From Sphaerodactylus townsendi (Eukaryota): DNA of 64,000 nucleotides. The position numbers were made by a program, and so were the translations under genes. The stretch covers positions 992,001-1,056,000 of the forward strand of contig NC_059428.1 of NCBI RefSeq assembly GCF_021028975.2, in the 5' to 3' direction. The notes below the pieces were generated by a model. The model saw only the letters and a list, made by a program, of their open reading frames with translations. It was not told where the DNA came from and did not search any database. Below are positions 24,660 through 36,649 of the stretch, one piece after another; within the stretch, counting starts at the first letter, position 1, and the number at the start of each line of letters is the position of its first letter.

Positions 24660-25773
24660 TCATCACTTCCCGCCTCTCTGGGAGACAGTGACAGGCTTCG
24701 ACCAATCAGGGGGCGCGAGCTTAGGCGAGAGCGTCCAGCCTCGACCAACCAGCGGTCTCCAACCTGCGGCCGCGGCCAATCAGACCCCACCATCCCAGCA
24801 GGAAAAGCAACTGCCATGGAAACAGCCGGCAGCCCCGGCTGGGTCCCGCCGCCACGCCCACCAAGCGGGCCGAGGCGTGGATCCGTCCGCGGCCGCCGTT
24901 CGGCTCCAAGGGCAGGAGCACGCGTGGGTGGCCCCGCGGCTTCTGGGACCGGAGGGGGGGCGAGGGTTAGTTGGGGGGCGAACTCGCCTCCAGCCCAGAA
25001 AGGCTTCCGGGTTCCCCCACCCCGTCCAGCTGCGCGGCCGACGGCACCGGGGCGAGGGAGGGGCCGTGGTGCCGCGTTGGGGAAAGACCCCGCGTGGGGA
25101 GGGGCTGGCTGGCTGGCTGGCTGGGCGGCCAGTGGCCGCTCCTCGCCCAGGTGGTCGCTTGAGAGACGAGGCCGCAGCACCGTGGCTCGGGCCGGGAGGT
25201 TCTGCTGAGCGCGCCGCTGGGCCCGCGGGAAGCTCCAACAGCCGCCCGCCCGCCCCGTCGGGCCTCGCATCATGTTTGCACTTGAGCCCCCGACAAAAGG
25301 CGCCTGCTGGAGAGGCCGGCCGGCCGGCAGGCAACCGCCCGGTAGCGACCCCGGCGCGACCCGTTCGCCAGGCGGCAGCGGAAAGGCCGCCCCGGACCCC
25401 GCCAGTCAGGGAGCGGCCCTCGGGCCCAGAGCCGCGGGACGGCGATGGCGCCGCCTCTGCTGACGGGAGGCAGCCGTGCCCCGCGGTGCAGCAGGCTTCG
25501 GGCGCGCTGTCGGAGCTCCCCGCGGGCCCAGCGGCGCAGGCTACGGCCGCTCAGGGGCGGGGCCTGCGAAGGAAGCGGAAGCGAAGCCCACGTGGGCGGC
25601 GGGGCGGGGCGGTCTCTGATTCTCCTGCGTGCTCGGTGGGGGGGCCCGGGCGAAGGAGCGCGCGCGGGCGCCTGGCTTCGGGTGCGAGGCCGCGGGCAGC
25701 CCCTGCTGCGCGGACGCCTGGCCTCGGGCGGCCCGAGGGGTGGGGTGGGGGCCGGGCGGGGTCCCCGGGAGCG
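24660..25773 (+). promoter_or_regulatory. CCDC9 CpG-island promoter region
   Basis: CCAAT boxes 24702 and 24776, E2F-like TTCCCGCC 24667, tandem ETS GGAAGCGGAAG 25571-25581, GC boxes. Confidence 0.55.
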
Positions 25774-25776
25774 ATG
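25774..25776 (+). CDS. CCDC9: CCDC9 ATG-only coding exon
   Basis: gcgATG|GTGAGC donor; phase 0 to the next exon. Confidence 0.7.
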
Positions 25777-25889
25777 GTGAGCGGCGGGGGGCGCCGGGGG
25801 GGCGGGGGGCGGCGGCGGCGGCGCGCCCCCCTGCCGGCCTCGGCTCAGCGCCGCTCGCTCCGCGCGGGCTTCTCCCTCTTCCGCTGCAG

Positions 25890-25988
25890 TCGGCGGACCT
25901 GAAGTCCAAGGGCGAGAAGGACGCCGAGCTGGACAAGCGGATCGAGGCCCTGCGGCGCAAGAACCGGGCCCTCATCCAGCGCTACCAG
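25890..25988 (+). CDS. CCDC9: CCDC9 exon
   Basis: SADLKSKGEKDAELDKRIEALRRKNRALIQRYQ. Confidence 0.93.
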
Positions 25989-26186
25989 GTGCGGGGCCGG
26001 ATCCCCTCCCCGCCCCCGACTCCGCGCCCGGGCTGATGGGGTGGCGTGGCCGGCTCCCCCCCACCCCCCCCCCCGTGGGGCACACAGAGAGGAGCCAGCC
26101 AGGAGCCTTCGGTTGGGGGGGAGGCTGTGCTGCCTGGGGGGCTCCGCGGGACTGCCTGTCACGCCTCATTAACCCCCCCCCCCCAG

Positions 26187-26345
26187 GAGATTGAGGAGGA
26201 CCGGAGAAAGGCCGAGCAGGAAGGCATAGCTGTGACAGGCTCCCGGCGGGGCCTGCCTGCCAATGGCCCCCATGGGGCGGACAGGAGACGAGGGGAGATG
26301 GCTGCCGCCCCCACCCTGACTGTTCAGGTCTTGCTGTCACCTGAG
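26187..26345 (+). CDS. CCDC9: CCDC9 exon
   Basis: EIEEDRRKAEQEGIAVT...LLSPE; canonical sites. Confidence 0.9.
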
Positions 26346-26453
26346 GTGAGACGGGGAGGGGTGCTGGGGAGGGAGGGAGGGAAGGGGGACCCTGTGGGCA
26401 GAGAGGTTCTGGTTTCAAGCAATCTGGTGGTCTTCCTCCTTCTCCCCCTACAG

Positions 26454-26714
26454 GAAAAACGTGTGGTGAGCAATGAGCGAAAGCCCCATGTCCCTCTCAG
26501 GGCCTCCCGCAGCAGCCCAAATGCTGGGGGCTCTGTCCAAGGGGGGCCTGCTTCCAGCAGGATCTCCTTGCGAGCCGAGTGCCGCCCAGAACAGCCCGGC
26601 TGGAAGGCGACCGATGAAGACAGCACAGGTATCAGCAAGCGGGGCCAAGGAGGCCAGAGGACACGGGGGCGTGGGGGCCCTGCAGGAGATGCTGGCCCAG
26701 ACAGGAGATCCAAG
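26454..26714 (+). CDS. CCDC9: CCDC9 exon
   Basis: EKRVVS...RGRGG...PDRRSK; phase 0/0. Confidence 0.88.
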
Positions 26715-26796
26715 GTGAGGTATCAGCCCTGAGTAAATGCCGGTGGATTGGGGCCAGGCTCCAGGACCCCACCCTAAGTGATCCTCCTTTCTCCAG

Positions 26797-26880
26797 GAGT
26801 GGGAAGAGCGCCGCCGGCAGAACATTGAGAAGATGAACGAGGAGATGGAGAAGATTGCGGAGTACGAGCGAAGCCAGCGG
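26797..26880 (+). CDS. CCDC9: CCDC9 exon
   Basis: EWEERRRQNIEKMNEEMEKIAEYERSQR. Confidence 0.94.
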
Positions 26881-27044
26881 GTGAGTCTGAGCCCTGGGGT
26901 GGGGGGGCGGGGGGGCAGACGAGACCCACTCGGCCTCTTCTCTCTTGTGCCACTCAACTTAACTGGCCAGCCCTGGTTTTATCCCCTTGGATTGGGCTGG
27001 AGACTCCGGAGGGCCTCTTCACCACACTTCTCTTCCTCTGACAG

Positions 27045-27206
27045 GATGGACTACAAGAGAAGAATCCTGTGCGCAACTTTCTAGATGACCCCCGGCGCAG
27101 CGGCCCCTTTGCAGAGTCCAGCCGGCGAGAAGGCAGCCGGCGACACATCCGCAACTGGGGGGGAGCAGACTTTGACAAGGTCAAGACTGGGATGGAGCAG
27201 GGCAAA
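27045..27206 (+). CDS. CCDC9: CCDC9 exon
   Basis: DGLQEKNPVRNFLDDPRR...RNWGGADFDKVKTGMEQGK. Confidence 0.92.
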
Positions 27207-27249
27207 GTGCGGCCTCCTTCGGTAGGTGCTGGGGAGGGGGTCTGGCAAA

Positions 27250-27500
27250 CGAGGGTGTGAGAGGGTGAGGCGAACTCGAATCTGGAAAACCGGGTTTGAT
27301 TTCCTACTCCTCCATGTCATCGGTGGAGTCTTCTGGTGGACCAGATTTGTTTCCCCACTCCTACATTCCTGCTGGGTGACCTTGGGCTAATCACAGTTCT
27401 TGGAAACTCTCTCAGCCCCACCTACCTCACAAGGTGTCTGTGATGGGGAGAGGAAGGGAAAGGGGTTTATAAGCCCCTTTTGAGGTTTCTTGCAGGATTC
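27250..27500 (+). mobile_element. CORE-type SINE copy
   Basis: Similarity to the SINE at 13103. Confidence 0.65.
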
Positions 27501-28699
27501 TTTGTCTTAAAGTCCTATTAGAGAAATAGACAGCAAAGTACTTCTTTTAGGCCTACTTCCAGACAGCCTTCCTGGGAAAGAATCATTTTGGCCACTCAAA
27601 GAAATAGGATCTGCCCTTTCCAGCAATTCAAGCAGATAATTTAATTTTATAAACTGTAATTCTGTATGTTAGGGAAGAATTTGTCAAATAAAGACAGTGG
27701 CAGATTATGCAAAAGCCTCCAGAGAGTATGCAACATTCTAAACTTCACCTGAATACATAGCGGTTATAGTTTCTTTAAGAGGTAGGCAAATCATATTTTA
27801 AACAGGTAGGCAAAGTGATGGGGAGTGTGCAAGCTGCCAGCAGAAACCTGATCCAGTCTGTTAGAGGCCCACTTGCACAGAGGAGGTGGGAATTAGGAAT
27901 AAACGTGGAACAGTTTGGAACTTTGGCAGCAGCTTGTCCCGGAAATACAACTGATTATTTTTCATGAATAATATAATGATCCCCTAGGCTGCATCTCGAT
28001 AGCAACTTTTTATCAAATGCTCCAAATATAGGATCTGCCCTATAGGCGAAGGCGAAGACAACTGTGTTTAAGGAGGTCTGTTATCTCTGTATCCAGTTTA
28101 ATGAATTGCTTTGTTCACAAATGGCTTGACTTCTCATTTATTTCGCATAGCAGATGAACATACCTTGGCTGTGCAGCTCTGTGGAAATATAGAGACCATG
28201 CATGCCAGCTGGGGCAGAGCCAAGGCCCAGCACCCTGTTTCCAGGCCAGATAGGTAGGCAAAGGCTGTTCTCTTCTGGCCTCAGCAACAGCATTGTGGGC
28301 ATTCTGGTCGACACCATTTGAAATTGAAAACCAGGAGTACCTCTGACAGAGCTGCTGTTGCAGAAAGTTTTTGTGAGCTTGAGCTCCATGTGTTAGATGC
28401 GGACATGAAACCTTTATGGTGTTGCAAAATTCTTACTCAACCTCATCTGAGACGCATGCAATGACTTTTAGTCCCTCTGAATCTTCTTCCCACCAGTTTC
28501 TTTGGGTGCTTCTGCATCATGATATTCTGCAGGTGAAAAATGTATTTCTGCCTATGCAGAATTTTCTAAACTTTGACCTTTAACTCTGCCTTTCTTAACT
28601 GGAAAAGTCTGGGACCCCTTGGAGCCAATGGGGGATGGACTTAGGAGATTCCAACCAGCTACCCTGTAGATCTGGTGAATGCTAGACAGTGCTATTGTT

Positions 28700-29650
28700 A
28701 GAAGGATTGATTGGCCAAACCCAAAAGGGTGCTCACCAATGGCTCATCATCCTGGAGAGAAGTGACTAGTGGGGTGCCACAGGGTTCTGTTTTGGGCACA
28801 ATGCTATTCAATATTTTTATCAACAGTTTGGATGATGGAATAGAGAGCATGCTGATCAAATTTGCAGATGACACCAAATTAGGAGGGGTAGCTAATACCC
28901 CAGAGGACAGGGTCACAATTCAGAATGACCTGGACAGAGTAGAGAGCAGGGCCAAAACAGACAAAATTAATTTCAACAGAGATTAATGTAAGATACTGCG
29001 CTTAGGCAGAAAAAATGAAATGCACAGATAAAGGATGGGTGACACCTGGCCTGACAACGGAACATGTGATAAGGACTTGGGAGTCTTGGTACACCACAAA
29101 CTGAACCTGAGTCAGCAGTGTGATGTGGCAGCTAAGAAACCCAATGCAATTCTGGGCTGCAACAATAGGAGTATAGTATTTATTCTGCATTCATCAGATC
29201 TCACCTGGAATAACGTGTCCAGTTCTGGGCACCTCAATTCAAGAAAGATATTGACAATCTGGAACAGGTCCAGAGGAAGGCAACCAAAATGGTCAAAGGT
29301 CTGGAATCCATGACCTATGAGGAGAGGCTTAGGATACTGGGTATGTTTAGTCTGAAGAAGAGGTGATGTGATGGCCCTGTTTAAATATTTGAAGGGATGT
29401 CATGTTGAAGGAGCAAGGAGTAATGGATTCAAGGTATAGGAAAAGAGATTCCACCTAAACATTAGGAAGAACTTACTGACATTAAGGGCTGTTCGACCGT
29501 GGAATGCACAGCCTCAGAATGTGGTGGAGTCTCCTTCTTTGGAGGTTTTTAAAAAGAAGCCGGATGATCGTCTGTTGGAGTTCTTTGTTTGTGTATTCCT
29601 GCCAGGCAGCGGGCTTGACTTGTGGTCTCCGCCAGCTCCGTGATTCTATA
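28700..29650 (+). mobile_element. CR1 LINE 3' fragment (degenerate)
   Basis: RT motifs SGVPQGSVLG and KFADDTKLGG; CR1-type 3' end; stops and frameshifts. Confidence 0.9.
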
Positions 29651-29953
29651 ATGACGCATGCTTCCCTCTCATGGCTTCTTTAACTGTTCATTAGTCATGC
29701 TGGCATCCTTCCTAATCTGTATCATCTGTCCTGTCTAAGTCTCCTTCGCCCTGGTTTTCAGGAGCTGCCAGTCCTCCCAGAAAGTCTTGCTCTCCCTCCG
29801 TCCTCCTATGAAATCCCTTCATCAGAGGTGGGGCAATTCCTTGCTGGCCTGGACTCGTCCTCTCTGCAGCTGAGCTGGGTGTGGTCAGCTCCCTTTTCTC
29901 ATTTGTCCCATTGAGGAGGTTCTCATCTGTGTCTGCCTACCTTCTCCTGCCAG

Positions 29954-30141
29954 GCTCGGGGTGGTGCCCGCCACCGGGAGGAGAGGCTGGACATGACGCT
30001 GTGCATGACAGGACGGGAGCGGGCCGAATATGTCCGTTGGAAGCAGGAGCGGGAGCAGATTGACCGTGAGCGCCTGGCCCGGCACCGGCAGGCCACGGGC
30101 GAGTGGCGCCGAGAGTGGGATGCCGAGAAGATGGACACCAC
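29954..30141 (+). CDS. CCDC9: CCDC9 exon
   Basis: ...DMTLCMTGRERAEYVRWKQEREQIDRERLARHRQATGEWRREWDAEKMDT. Confidence 0.93.
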
Positions 30142-30466
30142 GTAGGGCCCGGGCAAGGAGTGGCAGCGTCCAGTGGGCTCTGCTAGACTGGGAATGTTGA
30201 GGTGGGGGGAGGTAGTTCAGATGGAGGACTGGCTGAACTGGTTTCTGCTGGGCAAGTTCCCTGAAGCGAGGGAGACAGGGCTGCTGAGAGCTCCCCAGCT
30301 GAGATTCCATCAGGGTCACTGTGCAACTCCCTGCAAGACCCTAGGAAACCCCACTCGTGGCCTGGCTTCTGGCCCCTGCAGTTGGTGGCCTGGTGGAAAC
30401 CAGGCTTGCAGGAATTTCCTGGGGACCTTTTTCCACTTAACTTTTTCTACCTTCTCTCATTTGTAG

Positions 30467-30513
30467 GTTTAAGGAGGGAGCCAAGCCTGGAGGGTCTCAG
30501 GGCAGCAAGCATG
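30467..30513 (+). CDS. CCDC9: CCDC9 exon
   Basis: FKEGAKPGGSQGSKH; strong acceptor, GTAAG donor; phase 2 to 1. Confidence 0.82.
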
Positions 30514-30857
30514 GTAAGGACAGCACTGCGGCATCAGCAGGGCACTCTAGGGCAGGGGGCTTGGGGGGGGGGGTTCCCTTACTGGAGAAAGGGTTACAGT
30601 TTCTGGAGAGAGGCAAGGTGTAGACATCATGGGGACGAATGTGTGGCAGTTATTCCACACCGAGCAGATGGGTGCTGCGGAGTGGGAGGTCGGGGAGGCT
30701 GCAGCAGCATCCTTCCCCCAACGAGCTGCGTCTTGATGCTGAATTGGCCTCAGCTGGAGCAGGGTGATCCTTGGCCACTGGCTGGGCAACAGATTAGGAC
30801 TGGAGCACGTCTGCTTCCTCCCTCCCCTCCCCTCCCTCCTCCCCCTATCTCTCCCAG

Positions 30858-30981
30858 ATGAGTCTAAGCGCCCCCCCAAGATGCCCACCTTCGGGTCACT
30901 CCTGCCTGAACACCCACCCCAGCGGCACAGGAAGGGCAGAGGCCGTGGGCACACACGGGGCTCATCCTCCAAGTCTTACAG
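30858..30981 (+). CDS. CCDC9: CCDC9 exon
   Basis: KRPPKMPTFGSLL...KSYS. Confidence 0.88.
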
Positions 30982-31112
30982 GTGAGCCCGGTTTGGCATG
31001 ATCCTGTGGGAGAGAGGGGCCTTTCTGGAGCGGAGCCCAGGGGAGTGGGGCATTTCCTTCCCTGCCCTTCCAGGCTGAGGGAAGTCTGATGTTGTCCTGT
31101 GCTCCCCTCTAG

Positions 31113-31197
31113 CATGCACGATAATCGCTGGGAAAAGGAGGAGGGGCCAGAAGCAGTGCTGGCTGAGATCAAGTCCGGCTCAGCCCCAGTGCGCCAG
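31113..31197 (+). CDS. CCDC9: CCDC9 exon
   Basis: MHDNRWEKEEG...VRQ. Confidence 0.88.
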
Positions 31198-31391
31198 GTG
31201 AGACAGATCCGTGCTCTTCCATCGCATACTCTGTTTGGATCCCAAGGGCACAGGGGCTCTGGGGCCCTCCAGGATTTTCCCCAGGTCTTGTCTAAGTGGC
31301 AGCTTGGCCAGCCCCTGGATTGTTGATCTGCGCCCCCCCCCCCCCCGGACATCTGCTCAAACTTGACTCTGCCTCATTTCTCCTCCTCCAG

Positions 31392-31836
31392 GTGGAGCTG
31401 GCCGCCTCACCCCACACAGCGCCTGATGAGGACGAAGATCAGTGGGAGGATGTTAGCGAAGAGGAGGAGGAGGAGGAGGAGGAGGAAGGCAGTATCAGCC
31501 ACAGAGTTTTCTCAGTGGCAGAGGCTCCCCCCACCCGCTCATCCCAGGACAACGTGGCCGAGCTGCCCAGCCAAGATGGGCCGCTCTCGCTTGTCATCCC
31601 CCCCTCTGAGCAGGAGACCTCAAATGAAGACAGCAAACCCTTGACCCCTTTCTCACCAGCAGAGGGATACCACCCAGTTTCTGACTGGGGGGAAGAGATG
31701 GAGCTGAGCTCCCCCCGGGCCAACTGCACTAAGAGTCCCTTGACACCTTTGGAAGATGTGGCCGTAGCCCCCCCATCTGGAGCCCTGGCAGAAGAGCCTG
31801 CAGAAGGGCTATGCACATCTAAGCCTGGAGGACAAG
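31392..31836 (+). CDS. CCDC9: CCDC9 acidic exon (3' boundary uncertain; read-through stops at 31865)
   Basis: EDEDQWEDVSEEEE...PFSPAEGYHPVSDWGEEMELSSPR matches the CCDC9 C-terminal motifs. Confidence 0.85.
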
Positions 31837-32631
31837 GTGGTTTGCAGGGGTGGGGGAGGCAGTGAGGCTTGGGAACTGCGGGGAAGGGGGAGTTGCTTTC
31901 TTGGCACCAAATTGCCTCCATTCTAAAACTCTCCCTCTTTCTGCAGGAACTGCTGTGGAACCCGCCCAGTGTCTGGCACCCAGAAGCAGCGGCAGCCCGG
32001 CAGAGATCCCAGACAGCCAGCAGGCATGTTTCTGTATTATTCATTTATTTATTCCATTTATACTCCACCCAACACTGAAGTCCCATGGCAGTTTAAAAGC
32101 CCCATTAAAACATACTATCCTAAAAACACAAAACATTAACATTAAAAACCACCATAAAAATCCTTTAAAAACTGTCAATAAAAACATCATTAAAAATCCC
32201 CACCTCATGCTCTCCCCACCCTGCAGCTGGCTCTCATTACCCTGCTGTGCTCCAGCTGCCAATTCAGGGTTCTCTCCCTGCCTCTCCAGGGCCTTCTGTG
32301 TGCTGGCCTCTCCCCTCTCTTTGGGCTTCACAGTAGAGGGCCTTTCCCCATCCCCCTTCTTTCACACAGCCAGGACGAAGAGCCTGTTGTGTTCCCAGAA
32401 GGGCTCTTTGGAAGGACAATCTTCTCACCCCCACCCCCCACCCCACCATCACCCAGGAGGAGCATATTTAGAATTCTCAGTGGAGGGAGATGTAATGAAT
32501 TCAGCCCTTGAGGAGTTACAAGCATCATTAGCTGAGCCCAATTAAGGTCTTACCGAGCCTTCTGTCTGGCAGTGCAGATCTTCAGCCAGCAGAACAAACA
32601 GACAAGGTCTTTGAGTTAATGATTTTATGTA

Positions 32632-33295
32632 CCTTATAAACTCGCGTATAAGCCGAATTTTTCAGCCTTTTTTAGGCTGAAAAATGCCCCCCTCGGCTTA
32701 TACGCGGGTCATCCCCCCCCTGCCCCCGCAGAGCCACAGTGCTTACCTATGAGTGGCGAAGTCTCGGCCCCCCTCGGCCCCCCACTTTCTTTCTTGCAGG
32801 CTCAAAGTTTCAGGCGTTTCAGGGAAGCTGCCAGGAAGCTTCCCCTCGAGGCAGCCTGTCTATGGTTTTCTGCATTGCCCTTTTAAGAAAACCATAGACA
32901 GGCTACCTCTAGAGGCAGCTTCCCTGTAGACTTAGAGCTTAGAAAGCCGGCAGCTTCCCTGAAACAACGCCTTAAACTTTGAGCCTGCAAGAAAGGAAGT
33001 GTGAGTTAGTGAGGGGCAGGAGGCATTCTCTGCTTCGCTTTCTCCAGCTTTCAGCCACTTTCCCTCTCCCCAGACCCGTGTGCGCCACCTTGCCCCTCCT
33101 TAAAAAGCCTCCCAAAGGCTTCTGGGGCACTCCTTTCCTACAGCTGTGGCTCCTTTGCCGGCTCAGCACCCTGCCTCCTGATGGATCTTTCCCACCCTTG
33201 GCTTATTTGCGAGCCAATAAAATTTCCCAGTTTTTTGAGGTAGAATTGGGTGCCTCGGCTTATATGTGGGTCAGCTTATACGCGAGTATATACGG
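32632..33295. mobile_element. Non-autonomous Tc1/mariner (Tc2/pogo-like) DNA transposon
   Basis: TIRs related to CCGTATATACTCGCGTATAAGC at both ends; TA duplication; internal inverted repeat about 32800-32990. Confidence 0.8.
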
Positions 33296-33599
33296 TAGCC
33301 TTTTTTATTAGGCAAGAATTTGACAAATAAAAACAAGTCTAAATTAATCCTACAAGTCTTGAAAAAAATGCATAGGTTTCCTAACATTTCCCAGAGTTCA
33401 CTAAATACATGAGCATTACGATTCTCTATGATGAAGGCGAGGTAGGTATCAGCTGTTTGGCAGCATGCCGTGTCGAAGGGGAAACCCTGCCAAGCAGGAA
33501 CATCCCCCCCTCTCTGATGGGAAGCAGGCAGCAGATTGCCCTCCGAATGCTTTTCCCAGAGAAGCTGCTGGGAACAGAAGTAGATTTTCCACACTTAAG

Positions 33600-33800
33600 C
33601 ATGTGGTTAGTGGTGCAGTGATTAAGAGCTGGGGAGTCAGTCTGGTTTGTTTCTCTGCTCCTCCACATGGAATCTGCTGGGTGACCTCTTGATCGGTCAC
33701 AGTTTCTCTGAACTCTCTCAGCTCCGCCTACCTCGCAAAGGTGCCTGTTGTGACTCCTTAAAGGTTGAGAAAAGCAGGGTATAAAAATGAGTTCTTTTTC
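33600..33800 (+). mobile_element. CORE-type SINE copy
   Basis: Similarity to the SINE at 13103. Confidence 0.6.
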
Positions 33801-33967
33801 AGCTCCTCCTTCGGCTGATGCCCCCACCACTGCCGGGAGGAAGGGCCGATGCTGAGCAGGGGGCACCACCTCTCTACTCTGGGCAATGAAGCAGTTTTGG
33901 GACCTCCAAGCTTCCCCCCCCCCTTCCCATAGAGGAGCGTTTCTCTCTTCTCCTGCTCTCTGTCCAG

Positions 33968-34002
33968 GCAGCTCTCCCCTGCCATTTGCCGGGAGCACGT
34001 AG
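33968..34002 (+). CDS. CCDC9: Candidate CCDC9 terminal coding exon
   Basis: Long polypyrimidine + CAG acceptor; phase-1 join gives GSSPLPFAGST*; AATAAA at 35321-35326 would end the 3' UTR. Confidence 0.45.
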
Positions 34003-35320
34003 CCTGCCTCGCAGTCTGGCATGGGGAGTGTGTGCGTGTGCGGGGCAGGGGAGATGGAGGTCTTGTGAGAGGTGGGGATTGTTGGCTAGGCTGACTGGCC
34101 TTTGTCGGTGTGAACTGAATCCTGTCCAAGGGGTGTTCCTCTTTGGGTGTGTGTGGGAGGGTGCTTGAGCAGAGACAAAGGGGAGAAAACGTTTGAGTGG
34201 TCAGGGAAATCCCCTCTAGCAGGAGGGCCTGAATGGGGTTCTTATCCACCAGCACCCTACCTGTGCAGATGAAAGGGGGCACTTTGCAGCTGGAACTAGC
34301 TCCAGGGCATTCTACCTGTTCTTCTGTGCCTTTATTTTGGAGGTTGTGGGGAATGGGGCTACCTCTGCTTTCCACTTGGGATACCCCCCCCAACTAACAG
34401 TGCTTCCACCTGGCAGAGCTTCCTACTCTTTAAACCCCACCTGCTTTAAACCCCACCTGTAGGAGCAGCCACCTGGTTTGGGTCAGGCCATTCCTTCTGG
34501 AGCATCATGGTCAGTGGATGCCTGGAGGGCTGGCCAAGATTAACACTGTCCTCTTGCCAGGGGCATATCTGGGGCAGGGGCGAGCAGGGGAGTTATTTGA
34601 CCTAGATGCCATCTGCCTAGGTCACTTGTGTGTGTGTGTGGGGAGGGGTGCCAGGGTCACGTGGGGCGCTCTGCTTCCATAGGAAGCCTAATATGGCCAC
34701 TACCAGTTGGGGGCTAGATTCCTGTTTTGTGATTTTTAACTCTCTTCCCCCCCCCCCTCGCCCCACCAGGAGACAGCCACGGTCTGAACCCCAGCGGTTA
34801 ATGCTGCACCCATCCTTCCAACTAGGAATACCTCCCCAGGAAGGAGGAGGCTGGCTGACCCTCTGCGTGCATCAGGACATGGCCCCTCTGCGGGCCTTCT
34901 GCAAGTCTTCCATGCTTCTGGCTACAGATGAGGGTGGCTGCTTTGTGCCCACAGGGAGGGGACTGTGGCTGGCCCCCTTTACTGGAAGGCCGGAGTCAGG
35001 TGGTCTGCATGGCTAAACTGAAGGGACACAAGTAGTCTCCAAGGTCTCTCCCCTTCTTGTGCGGTGGGACATCTGGGGATGGGGAGTGTCACTGGGTCCT
35101 TTTCAGCCTTCCAAGGTGTATTCTCCTTTCCTGCTCCTCTTAGAAGGGGCAGGTGCAAACGCAGGATTCCACATTTGTATGGGTGCAGGAAAGGGACTTG
35201 GGGCGGGGGGGGGGGGGCGAGGCTGTGACCTTCCTGGGTGTTGTCCTCCTCCCACATTTCCTTGGGCAGTGTCTGTATTGACAGCCCCTCTGTATGATGC
35301 ACAACTGAATAATTTCTTAT

Positions 35321-35326
35321 AATAAA
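35321..35326 (+). terminator. Probable CCDC9 polyadenylation signal
   Basis: AATAAA followed by GT-rich sequence. Confidence 0.55.
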
Positions 35327-35449
35327 GCCTCTAAAGAGTTTGCGTACCTCTCCCTCGTGTTCTGTGAATGGGGTGGGGAGAAGAGCATGGAACAGAAAGC
35401 TTGCTCCCTGCCTGCTTCTGGTGTGTGTGTGTGTGTGGGAGGGGAATCA

Positions 35450-35742
35450 TTAAGAACATAAGAACAAGCCAGCTGGATCAGACCAGAGTCCAGCTCTCTG
35501 CTACTCGCAGTGGCCCACCAGGTGCCTTTGGGAGCTCACGTGCAGGATGTGAAAGCAATGGCCTTCTGCGGCTGTTGCTCCCGAGCACCTGGACCAGGGG
35601 TAGGGAACCTGCGGCTCTCCAGATGTTCAGGAACTACAATTCCCATCAGCCTCTGTCAGCATGGCCAATTGGCCATGCTGGTAGGGGCTGATGGGAATTG
35701 TAGTTCCTGAACATCTGGAGAGCCGCAGGTTCCCTACCCCTG
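35450..35742. mobile_element. CR1 3' tail (minus) adjoining a palindromic hAT MITE (35595-35742)
   Basis: TAAGAACA tail repeats matching the 43116 CR1 end; MITE nearly identical to 9485-9632. Confidence 0.8.
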
Positions 35743-36537
35743 AACTAGATGCTGATCACACATTTGAGTTAGGAGAGGCTTACAACTGTTGCTTTTTTAT
35801 GATGCACCTGATGTCATCAGTAAATCAGATTTCTCTGGATTGAACTCTCAGAAGAGATTAGGTGAGATTTCTCTGGATGGGTGTATGTGTAAGAGAGAGG
35901 GGGGTTTGGAAGAATTCCTAAAAGTAATTTAAGGAATTCACAGTTAACACTATGAAATCATTTGCAAGCAACTTTCAATCTGATAGATTGTCTCTGAAGC
36001 TAAATGCTTTAAAAAACCACAATTCTTAGGAAGCTACCTTGTCCAGATTCTCTACCTAGATGCAAGAGTAAAACATCTGGCTATGCTGGCACGGACCTGG
36101 AGCACTGCTTGTGCTGCCAGTGGGGACAGAGCTTGGAAGGACTGCTCCTGCCCGCTGGGGCCTGGTCTCGGGTGAAGTGTCCTCCTTGGAACAGGAGGGC
36201 GGCTGGCTGTGAAGTCCCCCAATTCCAAAGCAGGGATGCAGTGAACCTCAGAGATGCCCCTGGGGCCAGACTCACAAAACTTGGGGGGACACAATAATCC
36301 ACCCCCTCCACACACAAGAAGGGATTGTTTCTCAGCAGGGTGATCTCACCAGCCCTGCCAAATTAAGAGGAACCAGCCATTAGAGTCTGTCATCACCAGG
36401 AGGGGGTGCCCCTTGCATTTCCAGAAAGGTTGCTGGTGGCTCAGGTAAAATTTGGGCGTCAGAGTTTGCTGCGCAGCGTATCAGTGATTTCTTAGAACTG
36501 GAAGGGTCCAATGCTCAGCAATGCATTGACTGCAGGT

Positions 36538-36620
36538 CCACTTGCGCGTTTGAGGATGTTTGTGTGGTATGACAGAGTGTGACTGCCACACCACACACAC
36601 ATCCTCAAACGCACAAGTGG
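36538..36620 (-). ncRNA. Candidate pre-miRNA-like hairpin (unrecognised)
   Basis: 38-bp stem, 7-nt loop; on the minus strand 34 Watson-Crick pairs, 3 G-U and 1 mismatch. Confidence 0.35.
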
Positions 36621-36649
36621 AACTGGCACGTGCAAAAGGGCCATGAACG

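Noticed and set aside
36038-36055. Possible 18-nt minus-strand micro-exon (VENLDK)
   Set aside because: Flanked by AG/GT, but no partner coding exons can be identified
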